Shown here in pieces: positions 18,034-30,365 of a stretch of DNA of 32,000 bases. Position 1 is the first letter of the stretch. Each line of letters starts with the position of its first letter. The translations under genes and the position numbers were made by a program. Location: positions 3,480,001 to 3,512,000 of the forward strand of contig NZ_LN831024.1 in NCBI RefSeq assembly GCF_001457615.1, given 5' to 3'. This DNA comes from Pseudomonas aeruginosa. Its GTDB lineage: Bacteria > Pseudomonadota > Gammaproteobacteria > Pseudomonadales > Pseudomonadaceae. Under the pieces are notes generated by a model that saw only the letters and a list, made by a program, of their open reading frames with translations, ran no database searches and was not told where the DNA came from.

Positions 18034-19239
18034 CTATTCGAGGCGGTCGTGCTGCCGGAACGCCACGCGCACCGCGTTGCGCCCTGCATCCTTGGCCTCG
18101 TAGAGCGCGCGGTCGGCCTCGCGATAGAGCGCGTCCAGGCCCATGCCGGAGGTCGAATAGGCCACCCCCAGGCTGATGGTCAGGCAGGGGCCGGCGCTGG
18201 AGCCCAGGTGCTCGATGCCCAGCGCCTCCACCGCCTGCCGCAGGCGCTCGGCGATGGCCAGGGTGTTGCCCTCCTCGCTGTCGTAGAGCAACACGGCGAA
18301 CTCCTCCCCGCCCAGGCGCGCGGCGATATCCAGCGGCCGCCGCGCGCCCTGCCGGAGCACGACGCCAAGCTGGCGCAGGGCGGCATCGCCGGCCGGATGC
18401 CCGTAGTGGTCGTTGTAGGCCTTGAAGTCGTCGACATCCACCAGGATCAGCGCCACCCCCTTTTCTTCGCGGGCGCCCTGCTCCAGGGCCCGCTGGGCGA
18501 GCAGCTCGTAGTAGCGCCGGTTGACCAGGCCGGTGAGGCTGTCCTGTTCGGCCATCATGCCCAGCAGCCGCCGGCCGAGGAACTGCTCGCGCTGGGCGTA
18601 GTCCTGCAGGTACAGGGCGAACGAACAGATCAGGACCACCAGGCCGTTGTAGAGCGTATTCAGCAGGTTGGTACGCAGGTTCTCTTCGCCGCCGAAAAGC
18701 AGGAATACCGCCAGGTTCAGGGCCAGGCACAGCAACGCCAGGCGCACGCAGGCCCAGAACGCCAGGCCGAGCGGGAAGAACACCGCGAGGATGCCCAGGG
18801 TCGCGCCCAGTTGGGTGAAGCGCGGCACCCCATGCCACTCGAACAGCACGTCGCAGGCCAGCACCGCCAGGTTGATCAGCAGCAGGCAGTAGGGCGCGAT
18901 GGCATCGCCGACCTTGCGCAGGCTGGGCAGGAAGGCCGCCGGCCAGACCACCAGCAGCAGGCCGATCATTCCCAGGCGCACGCCCAGCAGTTGCTCGAAC
19001 AGGCTGGGGTGCAGGCGGATGTCCACCATCATCCAGTCGGCCACGATGAACAGCGCCCAGATCAGGAACGCCACCCCGATGGCAGCGCGCCGCTGCATCA
19101 GCGAGTTCCAGCTGAGAAACTCGCGAAACTCGTTTTCCAGCTCCTTTTCGAACCGCAACCAACGAAAGCCGGTGCGCAACTGGCGCGCATACGGATTATC
19201 CGGCAGACCAGCCTGTACCAGGCTGTCGCGTGCAAGCAT
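18034..19239 (-). CDS. Membrane-anchored GGDEF diguanylate cyclase
   Basis: Several TM helices, then MMAEQDSLTGLVNRRYYELL...ALILVDVDDFKAYNDHYGHPAGDAALRQLGVVLRQGARRPLDIAARLGGEEFAVLL. GGEEF active site, with an RPLD (RxxD) I-site five residues upstream. Confidence 0.95.
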   Translation of the reverse strand: MLARDSLVQAGLPDNPYARQLRTGFRWLRFEKELENEFREFLSWNSLMQRRAAIGVAFLIWALFIVADWMMVDIRLHPSLFEQLLGVRLGMIGLLLVVWPAAFLPSLRKVGDAIAPYCLLLINLAVLACDVLFEWHGVPRFTQLGATLGILAVFFPLGLAFWACVRLALLCLALNLAVFLLFGGEENLRTNLLNTLYNGLVVLICSFALYLQDYAQREQFLGRRLLGMMAEQDSLTGLVNRRYYELLAQRALEQGAREEKGVALILVDVDDFKAYNDHYGHPAGDAALRQLGVVLRQGARRPLDIAARLGGEEFAVLLYDSEEGNTLAIAERLRQAVEALGIEHLGSSAGPCLTISLGVAYSTSGMGLDALYREADRALYEAKDAGRNAVRVAFRQHDRLE

Positions 19240-19488
19240 GCTGACTCCCCTACCTCGGACCGAACGCTGAAACAGGCCTGGACGACAATACCCTGGCGCC
19301 TCTGCAGCGATGAGTCAAAAAGCCATCACCCTTTACCAGACAATAGGGCATGCGGCGTGCCGAGGCGATACCAACCATCGGCGCAGCGGGACGCCCCGGG
19401 CGAGCGAATGGCAAGATCCGTGGGCCGACTGGCATTGCGGCCAGGCCCGAAGGACGCCAGACTGCCGCCATCGCCATGAGGTTGTGCC

Positions 19489-20493
19489 ATGCCCGAACCG
19501 CGCCTGATTGCCTGCCTGATCTATCCCGACGTGATGAGCCTGGACGTGACCGGACCGCTGCAGGTATTCGCCTCGGCCAACGTCGAACGCCAGCGCCAGG
19601 GCCTGCCGCCTTTCTACCGGATACAGGTGCTCGGCGAGCGTAGCGAAGCGGTGCCCAGTTCCGCGGGCATCCGCATCTGCGCCGACCTCGCCTGGCGCGA
19701 CTGTCCGCCGGAAAGCCTGGACACCCTGTTGGTGCCCGGCGGCCTCGGTGTCGAGGCGCAGACCCGCAACGCCGACCTGCTCGCCTGGCTGAAAGCCGCC
19801 GAACCGTGCATACGGCGGCTCGGCTCGGTGTGTTCGGGAGCGCTGATCCTGGCCGCCGCCGGGGTTCTCGACGGGCGCCCGGCGACCACCCACTGGGCCG
19901 ACGTGGCGACGCTGCGCCAGGGGTTTCCCGGCGTCCATGTGCAAGGCGACCGCCTGCACACCTACGACCCGCGGTGCCGCGACGGCGACGCCCACATCTT
20001 CACCTCGGCCGGCGTCACGGCGGGAATCGACCTGGCCCTGGCGCTGGTCGAGGCCGACCTCGGCCGCAGCCTGGCGCTCAGCGTCGCGCGACGCCTGGTG
20101 ATGTTCCTCAAGCGTCCTGGCGGCCAGGCCCAGTTCAGCGCCTGGCTGACCCCGGAACCGAGCCGCACCCCGCGTCTGGCCGCGCTGCTGGAGTGGATTC
20201 CCGCCAACCTCGCCGGCGACCTGTCCCTGGAAGCCCTCGCCGACCAGGCCTGCATGAGCCCGCGTACGCTGTCCCGGGTATTTCTCCAGGAACTGGGCGT
20301 GGCGCCCGGTCGCTACGTCGAGCGGGTTCGCCTGGAGGCCGCGCGCGCCCTGCTGCAGGACGCCCAGGCGTCGATCGCCACGGTGTCCCGGCTGTGCGGC
20401 TTCGGCCATCCGGAAAACCTCCGGCGGACGTTCCACAAGCATCTTTCGGTCAGCCCCCAGGAATACGCCGAACGCTTCGGCATGCTGGCCTGA
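19489..20493 (+). CDS. GlxA family AraC-type transcriptional regulator (DJ-1/PfpI-like N-terminus)
   Basis: MPEPRLIACLIYPDVMSLDVTGPLQVFASANVERQRQG...RRLGSVCSGALILAAAGVLDGRPATTHWADVATLRQGFPG plus C-terminal AraC HTH (LSLEALADQACMSPRTLSRVFLQELGVAPGRYVERVRLEAARALLQD...). Confidence 0.93.
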   Translation: MPEPRLIACLIYPDVMSLDVTGPLQVFASANVERQRQGLPPFYRIQVLGERSEAVPSSAGIRICADLAWRDCPPESLDTLLVPGGLGVEAQTRNADLLAWLKAAEPCIRRLGSVCSGALILAAAGVLDGRPATTHWADVATLRQGFPGVHVQGDRLHTYDPRCRDGDAHIFTSAGVTAGIDLALALVEADLGRSLALSVARRLVMFLKRPGGQAQFSAWLTPEPSRTPRLAALLEWIPANLAGDLSLEALADQACMSPRTLSRVFLQELGVAPGRYVERVRLEAARALLQDAQASIATVSRLCGFGHPENLRRTFHKHLSVSPQEYAERFGMLA

Positions 20494-20515
20494 CGCTCCC
20501 ACCGAGGACCTTCCC

Positions 20516-20758
20516 ATGCTGGAACTGCGCCCCAACTGCGAGTGCTGCGACCGCGACCTGCCCGGCGACAGCGGCGACGCGCTGATCTGCACCTTCGAGT
20601 GCACCTTCTGCCGCGACTGCGCGACGGTCCGCCTGGGCGGCCAGTGCCCGAACTGCGGCGGCGAACTGCTGGCCCGGCCAAGGCGTCCGCGGGATGCGCT
20701 AGCCCGTCACCCCGCCTCCAGCCGACGCGTCGTCAGGCCCGGCGGTTGTCCGGAGTGA
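20516..20758 (+). CDS. DUF1272 domain protein with Cys-rich putative metal-binding motif
   Basis: MLELRPNCECCDRDLPGDSGDALICTFECTFCRDCATVRLGGQCPNCGGELLARPRRP matches DUF1272. Confidence 0.9.
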   Translation: MLELRPNCECCDRDLPGDSGDALICTFECTFCRDCATVRLGGQCPNCGGELLARPRRPRDALARHPASSRRVVRPGGCPE

Positions 20759-20762
20759 CGCC

Positions 20763-21932
20763 ATGCTGCTACGCAACCCGACCCTGCTCCTGCTGTTCTG
20801 CGGCCAGGCCCTGTACTGGTCCTGCTCGCTGATCGGCATAACCCTGACCGCCCTGGTCGGCGTCCAGCTGGCGCCGTTGAACAGCCTGGCCACCCTGCCC
20901 CTGGCCCTGCTGGTGCTGGGCAACCTGCTGGCGGTGCAGCCGTTGTCGCACTTCATGCAGCGCCACGGCCGACGTCCCGGGCTGATGCTCGGCGCCGGCG
21001 GCGGCGTGCTCGGCGGCCTGGTCTGCGCCGCCGGTGTCTGGACTGGCGATTTCCTCTGGTTCTGTCTCGGCGCGCTGGGCATCGGGGTCTACCAGGCCTC
21101 GGCCATGTACTACCGGTTCGCCGCGCTGGAGGCGGTGGATGCCGGGCGGAAAGGCCGCGCCAGCGCCTACGTGCTCGCCGGCGGAGTACTCGCCGCGCTG
21201 CTGGCGCCGAGCCTGGCGCTGTGGTCACGCAACGCGCTGGCCCAGCCCTTCGTCGGCGCCTATCTGCTGATCGCCGTGCTGGCCCTCGCCGGCCTGCTGC
21301 TGATGGCCCTGCTCCGCGAAGGCCAGGCGCCACGCCCGGCACGACTCGCCTGGCGCGACATAGGCGGCCTGTTGCGGCGGCCGGTGGTCCGCGCGGCCAT
21401 CGCCTGCACCGCGGCCGGACACGGGTTGATGATCCTGATCATGAACGCCACGCCGCTGGCCATGAGCTTCTGCGGCCTGCCGCTGGAACAGTCGAGTCGG
21501 GTCATCCAATGGCACGTGCTGGGAATGTTCCTTCCGGCGTTCTTCGCCGGACCGCTGGTCGACCGCATCGGCAACCGTCGCGTCGCCCTGCTCGGCGCGT
21601 TCCTGCTCGCCGCAAGTGCCGGCATCGCCCTGGACGGGCAGTCGGTCACGCATTTCCTGCTCAGTTCGCTGGCCCTGGGCAGCGGCTGGAACCTGATGCT
21701 CATCGCCGGCACCACCCTGCTCGGCGAGGGCCACGCCGAAAGCGAGCGCGGCGCCGCGCAAGGATTGATGGAGCAAGGCAACAGCCTGGTGGCGGCGCTG
21801 ATGTCGTTCGGCTCCGGCGCCCTGATCACCAGCCTTGGCTGGAACGCGGTGAACCTGCTGGTCTGGCCGGCGCTGCTGGTGGCGCTGGCACTGCTCTGGC
21901 CGGTACGACGAACGCGGACGCTGTCGCGCTGA
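20763..21932 (+). CDS. Major facilitator superfamily transporter
   Basis: 389 aa, 12-TM hydrophobicity pattern, MQRHGRRPGLMLGAGGGVLGGLVCAAG and LVDRIGNRRVALLGAFLLAAS segments. Confidence 0.88.
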   Translation: MLLRNPTLLLLFCGQALYWSCSLIGITLTALVGVQLAPLNSLATLPLALLVLGNLLAVQPLSHFMQRHGRRPGLMLGAGGGVLGGLVCAAGVWTGDFLWFCLGALGIGVYQASAMYYRFAALEAVDAGRKGRASAYVLAGGVLAALLAPSLALWSRNALAQPFVGAYLLIAVLALAGLLLMALLREGQAPRPARLAWRDIGGLLRRPVVRAAIACTAAGHGLMILIMNATPLAMSFCGLPLEQSSRVIQWHVLGMFLPAFFAGPLVDRIGNRRVALLGAFLLAASAGIALDGQSVTHFLLSSLALGSGWNLMLIAGTTLLGEGHAESERGAAQGLMEQGNSLVAALMSFGSGALITSLGWNAVNLLVWPALLVALALLWPVRRTRTLSR

Positions 21933-21945
21933 AACGCCGGCAACG

Positions 21946-21970
21946 AAAAAGGCGACCTTGCGGTCGCCTC
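21946..21970. terminator. Bidirectional terminator between convergent MFS gene and nfuA
   Basis: AAAAAGGCGACC-TTGC-GGTCGCCTC; perfect stem GGCGACC/GGTCGCC at 21951-21957 and 21962-21968. Confidence 0.8.
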
Positions 21971-21990
21971 TTCTGCTTTACGGAAACGCC

Positions 21991-22575
21991 TCAGTAGTAG
22001 GCGTTCTCCTTGTTGCTGTGGTCGGTCACGTCACGCACGCCCTTCAGTTCGGGAATACGCTCGATCAGGGTCTTCTCGACGCCATCCTTGAGGGTCATGT
22101 CGACCATCCCGCAGCCCTGGCAACCGCCGCCGAAACGCAACACGGCGATGTTGTCCTCGACCACGTCGACCAGGCTCACCTGTCCGCCGTGGCTGGCCAG
22201 CCCGGGATTGATCTCGGTCTGCAGGTAGTAGTTGATGCGTTCGGTGATCGGGCTGTCCTCGTTGACCATCGGCACCTTGGCGTTCGGCGCCTTGATGGTC
22301 AACTGGCCGCCCATGCGGTCGGTGGCGTAGTCCACCACCGCATCTTCGAGGAAGGGCTCGCTGACCGCATCGATCCAGGCAGTGAAGTCCTTCAGGGCGA
22401 TGGCGGTGTCCTCGACCTTTTCCTCGCCCGGCTTGCAGTAGGCGATGCAGGTTTCCGCGTACTGGGTACCCGGCTGGGTGATGAAGATACGAATGCCGAT
22501 ACCCGGGGTGCTCTGCTTCTCCAGCAACTCGGCCAGATACGCTTGGGCAGCTTCGGTAATGGTGATGGCGCTCAT
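21991..22575 (-). CDS. nfuA: Fe-S biogenesis protein NfuA
   Basis: [53 protein letters not shown]... plus Nfu domain [49 protein letters not shown] (CxxC). Confidence 0.97.
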
Positions 22576-22631
22576 GGCAACTCCTCGCAAATATGCCGAC
22601 AGTTTACGCCAATCGGTACTTGCGGATAAAG

Positions 22632-22654
22632 CCCTAGTAAATTAGTAGGAATAA
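22632..22654. promoter_or_regulatory. IscR type-1-like site upstream of nfuA
   Basis: On the minus strand: TTATTCCTACTAATTTACTAGGG, resembling type-1 IscR boxes (core resembling GACTAATTTACT). Confidence 0.45.
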
Positions 22655-22666
22655 TTCGCGATAACC

Positions 22667-22690
22667 GACCCGCCCCTTGTGGAGCGGGTC
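22667..22690 (-). terminator. Hairpin downstream of cti
   Basis: GACCCGCCCC-TTGT-GGAGCGGGTC gives a 10-bp stem allowing one G-U pair in the minus-strand transcript, 8 bp after the cti stop. There is no clear U tract. Confidence 0.5.
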
Positions 22691-22697
22691 GCGAGAC

Positions 22698-24986
22698 TCA
22701 GAGGTTCTCGTAGCGGTTCATGTCCAGTGCGCCCGCCTCGACCGGCTCGGTTTCGCGGATGTACGCCTCGAGATCGTGGAAGTAGCTCCAGAACTGCGGA
22801 TTGCTGCGGCGCACGCCCCAGCGTTCGACCACCTTGTCGAAGTCCTCGCCGCTCTTCGCCGCCTCCAGGGCGCCGACGAAGGCCTCGGCATCCGTCGCCG
22901 GCAGATCGAACATGAAGTTCGGGTAGCTGGACAGCACGCCCGGGTAGATCGTCAGGGTGTCCAGGCCCGGCTGGTAGCGCAGCGACTCGCCGAGCATGAA
23001 GGCGACATTGCTGTGCGCGCGGTTGCGCAGCACGGTATAGACCTCGCGCTTGCCGCTGGACGTACGTATCCGCAGCATGGTCGCCTCGGGGAAGCGCTCG
23101 ATGACCTTGAGGCCGGCCGCCGGCCGGCTCACCAGGCGACTGAAGGCCTGCTCGGCGTCCTGCAGTTCGCGGTCGATGCCCGGTCGATAGCAGTTGCCGT
23201 CCAGGCAGCGGTTGATCGGGTCGGGGCGCGCATTGAGGTCGCCGTAGCGACGCAGCAGTTCTTCGGCGAAGGCCTTCTTCGGCTGCTTCTCCGGCAATCC
23301 CAGCGCGCTCGGCGTGTCATCGTCGAAGGCCTGGTAGTCCATCCACATCTTCAGCTTGCCGCTGTTCTGGTACCAGTCGTCGAGCAACGGCTGGCGCGCG
23401 TCGATCGGCATCAAGCGGAGGAAGTTCTGCTCGGCGCCGTTGCGGATCAGGTCGAAGTACAGGCGCGTCTGCGCCTGGTGCGAGACGTTGCCGAAGACAT
23501 CGAAGTTCACCACCAGCCCGTAGTAGGTTCGCTCGAACAGCGGGTAGTCCATCAGCCACAGGGTCTGCGGTACCTCGCCAAGCAGGCCCTTGCGCACCGA
23601 GGCGCTGTCGAACTGGCGGAAGATGCTCAGCAGGGCGTTGTCGTTGCCGTGCCAGATCGTGTTCCAGGTCGGCGGCGGCGCGTCGGCGTAGACGTCCTGG
23701 CGCAGGTCTTCGTACTCGTTGCGCTTGTCCCGGTAGGCGCTCCACAGGCCGAGCAGGTTCTTCAGCTCGTCGATCTGCCCCGGCAAGGCCAGCAGCGGCT
23801 CGCTCTGCGCGCGGAAGTTGGCGTCGGTGACGAACAGGTCCTGCTCGGGGTCCTGGAATACCACCCAGAAGTTGTCGCGGATCACGTCGGTGGCGATCTG
23901 TCCACGGCACACCGGCCCGCGGATGAAGGTACGGGTGAAGTACTCGGCGTTGTCCAGCATGAACTGGTAGCGCGCCCGTGGCGGGATCGCGGCGAAGGTG
24001 ACGAACGGGTTGGCGCGGCTCTGCACGCCGTAGCCGGGAACCTTGTCGGTGTTCCACTGGGTGCCGAAGAACAGCTCCTGGACGCGTTCCAGCTTCTTCG
24101 CCGTCAGCGGATAGGTGATGTGCGTCTTGTGGACGATCACGCCCTGGATCGGCCAGAGGCGGTAATAGAAGCTGTTGCCCGGATCGTCGTTGGGACGCCG
24201 GGTCGGGATCGGGTCGATCGGCTGGCCGCTGGGCGTGCGTGAACGCACCAGCTGGAAGAAGTGGCCGGGCGCGCCCTGCTCCGGGAAATACAGGTGCGCC
24301 AGGAACAGGTGCTCGTAGAGCCAGCGCGAGACCAGGCTCTGCTTGGCCCCAGGCTGGTTGAGGAAACGCTCCCAGCTGGCCACCTGGCGCGCCTCGGCGG
24401 CGGTCGGCCGCAACGGCTGCTGGTCGACCGGGGCGCCCGCGGCCAGCCACTTCTGCAAGGTGGCGTATTCGTCGTCGCTCAGCCCGGCCACCGCGAAAGG
24501 CATGCCGGAACCTGGGTTCTTGCGGATGAACGCATCGATGCTGGCCGGCGTCGGGCACTGGTTGGCGCGGTTGATCGAAATGTCCAGGCCTTCGGGGATC
24601 TTCGCATTCGGCTGCAACGGCTGGCTGTGGCCAAGCTCGAGCATCCGCGCCATCAGTGCGGCCTGGCCGTCCTGCGGTTCGAGCACCGACCAGAAGTCCT
24701 TGCGCCGCCAGGCGTCGGCACCGTGCGCATCGAGGTACAGGCGGGTGGTTTCCTGCGCCTTGGTCCGCGTGCCGTCGTAGACCGGCAGTTGGTTGGCGCC
24801 GCGCTGCGCGCCCTCGGCGCTGCTCAGGTTGAGCTGGCAGGGCGAATCGTAGCAGGCGTGGCAGGCGACGCACTTGGCGGTAAAGATCGGCTGGACGTCA
24901 CGGCTATAGGAAATTTCAGCAGCGGAAACAGACTGGATAAAAGACGACAAAACGAAGGCCAACCCAACCAACGGTCTTGGCAACAT
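22698..24986 (-). CDS. cti: Fatty acid cis/trans isomerase, periplasmic cytochrome c-type protein
   Basis: Signal peptide then AAEISYSRDVQPIFTAKCVACHACYDSPCQLNLSSAEGAQRGANQLPVYDGTRTKAQETTRLYLDAHG; heme motif CVACH; 762 aa, typical Cti. Confidence 0.96.
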   Translation of the reverse strand: MLPRPLVGLAFVLSSFIQSVSAAEISYSRDVQPIFTAKCVACHACYDSPCQLNLSSAEGAQRGANQLPVYDGTRTKAQETTRLYLDAHGADAWRRKDFWSVLEPQDGQAALMARMLELGHSQPLQPNAKIPEGLDISINRANQCPTPASIDAFIRKNPGSGMPFAVAGLSDDEYATLQKWLAAGAPVDQQPLRPTAAEARQVASWERFLNQPGAKQSLVSRWLYEHLFLAHLYFPEQGAPGHFFQLVRSRTPSGQPIDPIPTRRPNDDPGNSFYYRLWPIQGVIVHKTHITYPLTAKKLERVQELFFGTQWNTDKVPGYGVQSRANPFVTFAAIPPRARYQFMLDNAEYFTRTFIRGPVCRGQIATDVIRDNFWVVFQDPEQDLFVTDANFRAQSEPLLALPGQIDELKNLLGLWSAYRDKRNEYEDLRQDVYADAPPPTWNTIWHGNDNALLSIFRQFDSASVRKGLLGEVPQTLWLMDYPLFERTYYGLVVNFDVFGNVSHQAQTRLYFDLIRNGAEQNFLRLMPIDARQPLLDDWYQNSGKLKMWMDYQAFDDDTPSALGLPEKQPKKAFAEELLRRYGDLNARPDPINRCLDGNCYRPGIDRELQDAEQAFSRLVSRPAAGLKVIERFPEATMLRIRTSSGKREVYTVLRNRAHSNVAFMLGESLRYQPGLDTLTIYPGVLSSYPNFMFDLPATDAEAFVGALEAAKSGEDFDKVVERWGVRRSNPQFWSYFHDLEAYIRETEPVEAGALDMNRYENL

Positions 24987-25347
24987 GAACCACTCCTCAC
25001 TCGGCGACGGGCGATTCTAGCAAACCCGCCTCTCTGCGCCGCACTTTCACAACGACGGGCGAACGCGCCCCGGGCATGAGCCGCCATTTCGCCAGCATTC
25101 CACCGGCTTCGGCCGCCACGTATGCTAGCCGGGCTCCCAGGCCCGCCCTGGCGATCAAGGACGATGACTTCGAGGAAACAGGGATATGTTTCGACTCGCC
25201 GCGCCCCATCCGCGCCGGTTCGCGTGCGCCCCACGTCCCCTCTTCGCCGCTTTCCGCCTGCTGTCGTCAGGCGGCGCTTCCGTTCGCGCCCGGCGCGGCC
25301 TGGTCCATCCTTTCGCCGCCCTGGCGGCCCAACGGAGAACCCGCCCC

Positions 25348-25866
25348 ATGAAACTGCTCGCCGGCAGCTTCGCCGCTCTCTTCCTGAGCCTTTCGGCCCA
25401 GGCGGCGGACTGTACTTTCACCCAGCTGGAAATCGTGCCCCAGTTCGGCTCGCCGAACATGTTTGGCGGCGAGGACGAGCACGTCCGCGTGATGTTCAGC
25501 AACGAGGATCCCAACGACGACAACCCCGATGCCTTTCCCGAACCGCCGGTCTACCTGGCCGACCGCGACAGCGGCAACGATTGCCGCATAGAGGACGGCG
25601 GCATCTGGTCGCGCGGCGGCGTGTTCCTGAGCCAGGACGGTCGGCGCGTGCTGATGCATGAATTCAGCGGCTCCAGCGCCGAGCTGGTGTCCTACGACAG
25701 CGCCACCTGCAAGGTGGTGCACCGCGAGGACATCTCCGGCCAGCGCTGGGCGGTGGACAAGGACGGGCTGCGCCTGGGTCAGAAATGCTCGGGCGAATCC
25801 GTCGACAGCTGCGCGAAGGTCGTGAAGCGTTCGCTCGCGCCGTTCTGCCAGACCGCAAAGAAATGA
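25348..25866 (+). CDS. tsi1: T6SS periplasmic immunity protein Tsi1
   Basis: MKLLAGSFAALFLSLSAQAADCTFTQLEIVPQFGSPNMFGGEDEHVRVMFSNEDPNDDNPDAFPEPPVYLADRDSG..., 172 aa with signal peptide, immediately upstream of tse1. Confidence 0.96.
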   Translation: MKLLAGSFAALFLSLSAQAADCTFTQLEIVPQFGSPNMFGGEDEHVRVMFSNEDPNDDNPDAFPEPPVYLADRDSGNDCRIEDGGIWSRGGVFLSQDGRRVLMHEFSGSSAELVSYDSATCKVVHREDISGQRWAVDKDGLRLGQKCSGESVDSCAKVVKRSLAPFCQTAKK

Positions 25867-25907
25867 TCCGGGCCGGAGCGCCCCTTATCGACACGCATAG
25901 GTGATAC

Positions 25908-26372
25908 ATGGACAGTCTCGATCAATGCATCGTCAACGCCTGCAAGAACAGCTGGGACAAGAGCTACCTGGCCGGCACCCCGAACAAGGACAACTGTTCC
26001 GGCTTCGTCCAGTCGGTGGCCGCCGAGCTGGGCGTACCGATGCCCCGCGGCAACGCCAACGCCATGGTCGACGGCCTGGAGCAGAGCTGGACCAAGCTCG
26101 CCTCCGGCGCCGAGGCCGCGCAGAAGGCGGCCCAGGGCTTCCTGGTGATCGCCGGCCTGAAGGGCCGCACCTACGGGCACGTCGCGGTGGTCATCAGCGG
26201 TCCGCTGTATCGGCAGAAGTACCCGATGTGCTGGTGCGGCAGCATCGCCGGCGCGGTCGGCCAGAGCCAGGGCCTGAAGTCGGTCGGCCAGGTGTGGAAT
26301 CGCACCGACCGCGACCGCCTCAACTACTACGTCTACTCCCTGGCCAGTTGCAGCCTGCCCAGGGCCAGTTGA
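25908..26372 (+). CDS. tse1: T6SS peptidoglycan amidase effector Tse1 (Tae1 family)
   Basis: MDSLDQCIVNACKNSWDKSYLAGTPNKDNCSGFVQSVAAELG...GRTYGHVAVVIS..., 154 aa; catalytic Cys30 (NC-SGFV) and His91 (GHVAVV); Cys7/Cys148 in place for the known disulfide. Confidence 0.98.
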   Translation: MDSLDQCIVNACKNSWDKSYLAGTPNKDNCSGFVQSVAAELGVPMPRGNANAMVDGLEQSWTKLASGAEAAQKAAQGFLVIAGLKGRTYGHVAVVISGPLYRQKYPMCWCGSIAGAVGQSQGLKSVGQVWNRTDRDRLNYYVYSLASCSLPRAS

Positions 26373-26379
26373 TTCAGGC

Positions 26380-26414
26380 CGTGCTGCGAATGAGCCAGAC
26401 TCATTCGCAGCACG
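26380..26414. terminator. Long perfect hairpin immediately after tse1
   Basis: CGTGCTGCGAATGAG-CCAGA-CTCATTCGCAGCACG: 15-bp perfect stem, 5-nt loop, 7 bp after the tse1 stop codon; no T tract follows. Confidence 0.6.
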
Positions 26415-26537
26415 ATTCCCCACGAGCATCCCGACTCCACTCGCCCGTCCCTTCGCCGCCTGCCTGCGCACTCCGACCTCCGCATTCCGCCCGTATACTG
26501 CGACAAAACGGCGCCAGGGATTTTTCCGGCCCGCGAA

Positions 26538-26566
26538 TGAACATCCTTCAACTTGAATGAAATTCA
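26538..26566. promoter_or_regulatory. Two tandem MetR-type boxes upstream of metH
   Basis: TGAACATCCTTCA (26538-26550) and TGAATGAAATTCA (26554-26566) both match TGAA-N5-TTCA with T/A at the central base; centres are 16 bp apart. Confidence 0.7.
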
Positions 26567-26646
26567 TGGTCCGACCACCCCCGGCCGGAAAGCCCCTGCC
26601 TTTGTTATGCTTTTCACCTTTCCGCCCACTGACGCCAGGTCCATCC

Positions 26647-30351
<3,705 letters not shown>

Positions 30352-30365
30352 CCAGGAAGGCGACG

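Noticed and set aside
22677-24242. Plus-strand ORF of 521 aa opposite cti
   Set aside because: Shadow of cti; no domain recognised.
26500-26646. Possible SAM, SAH or cobalamin riboswitch before metH
   Set aside because: Scanned by eye for B12-box-like and SAH-type consensus segments and found none; an Infernal/Rfam search would be decisive.
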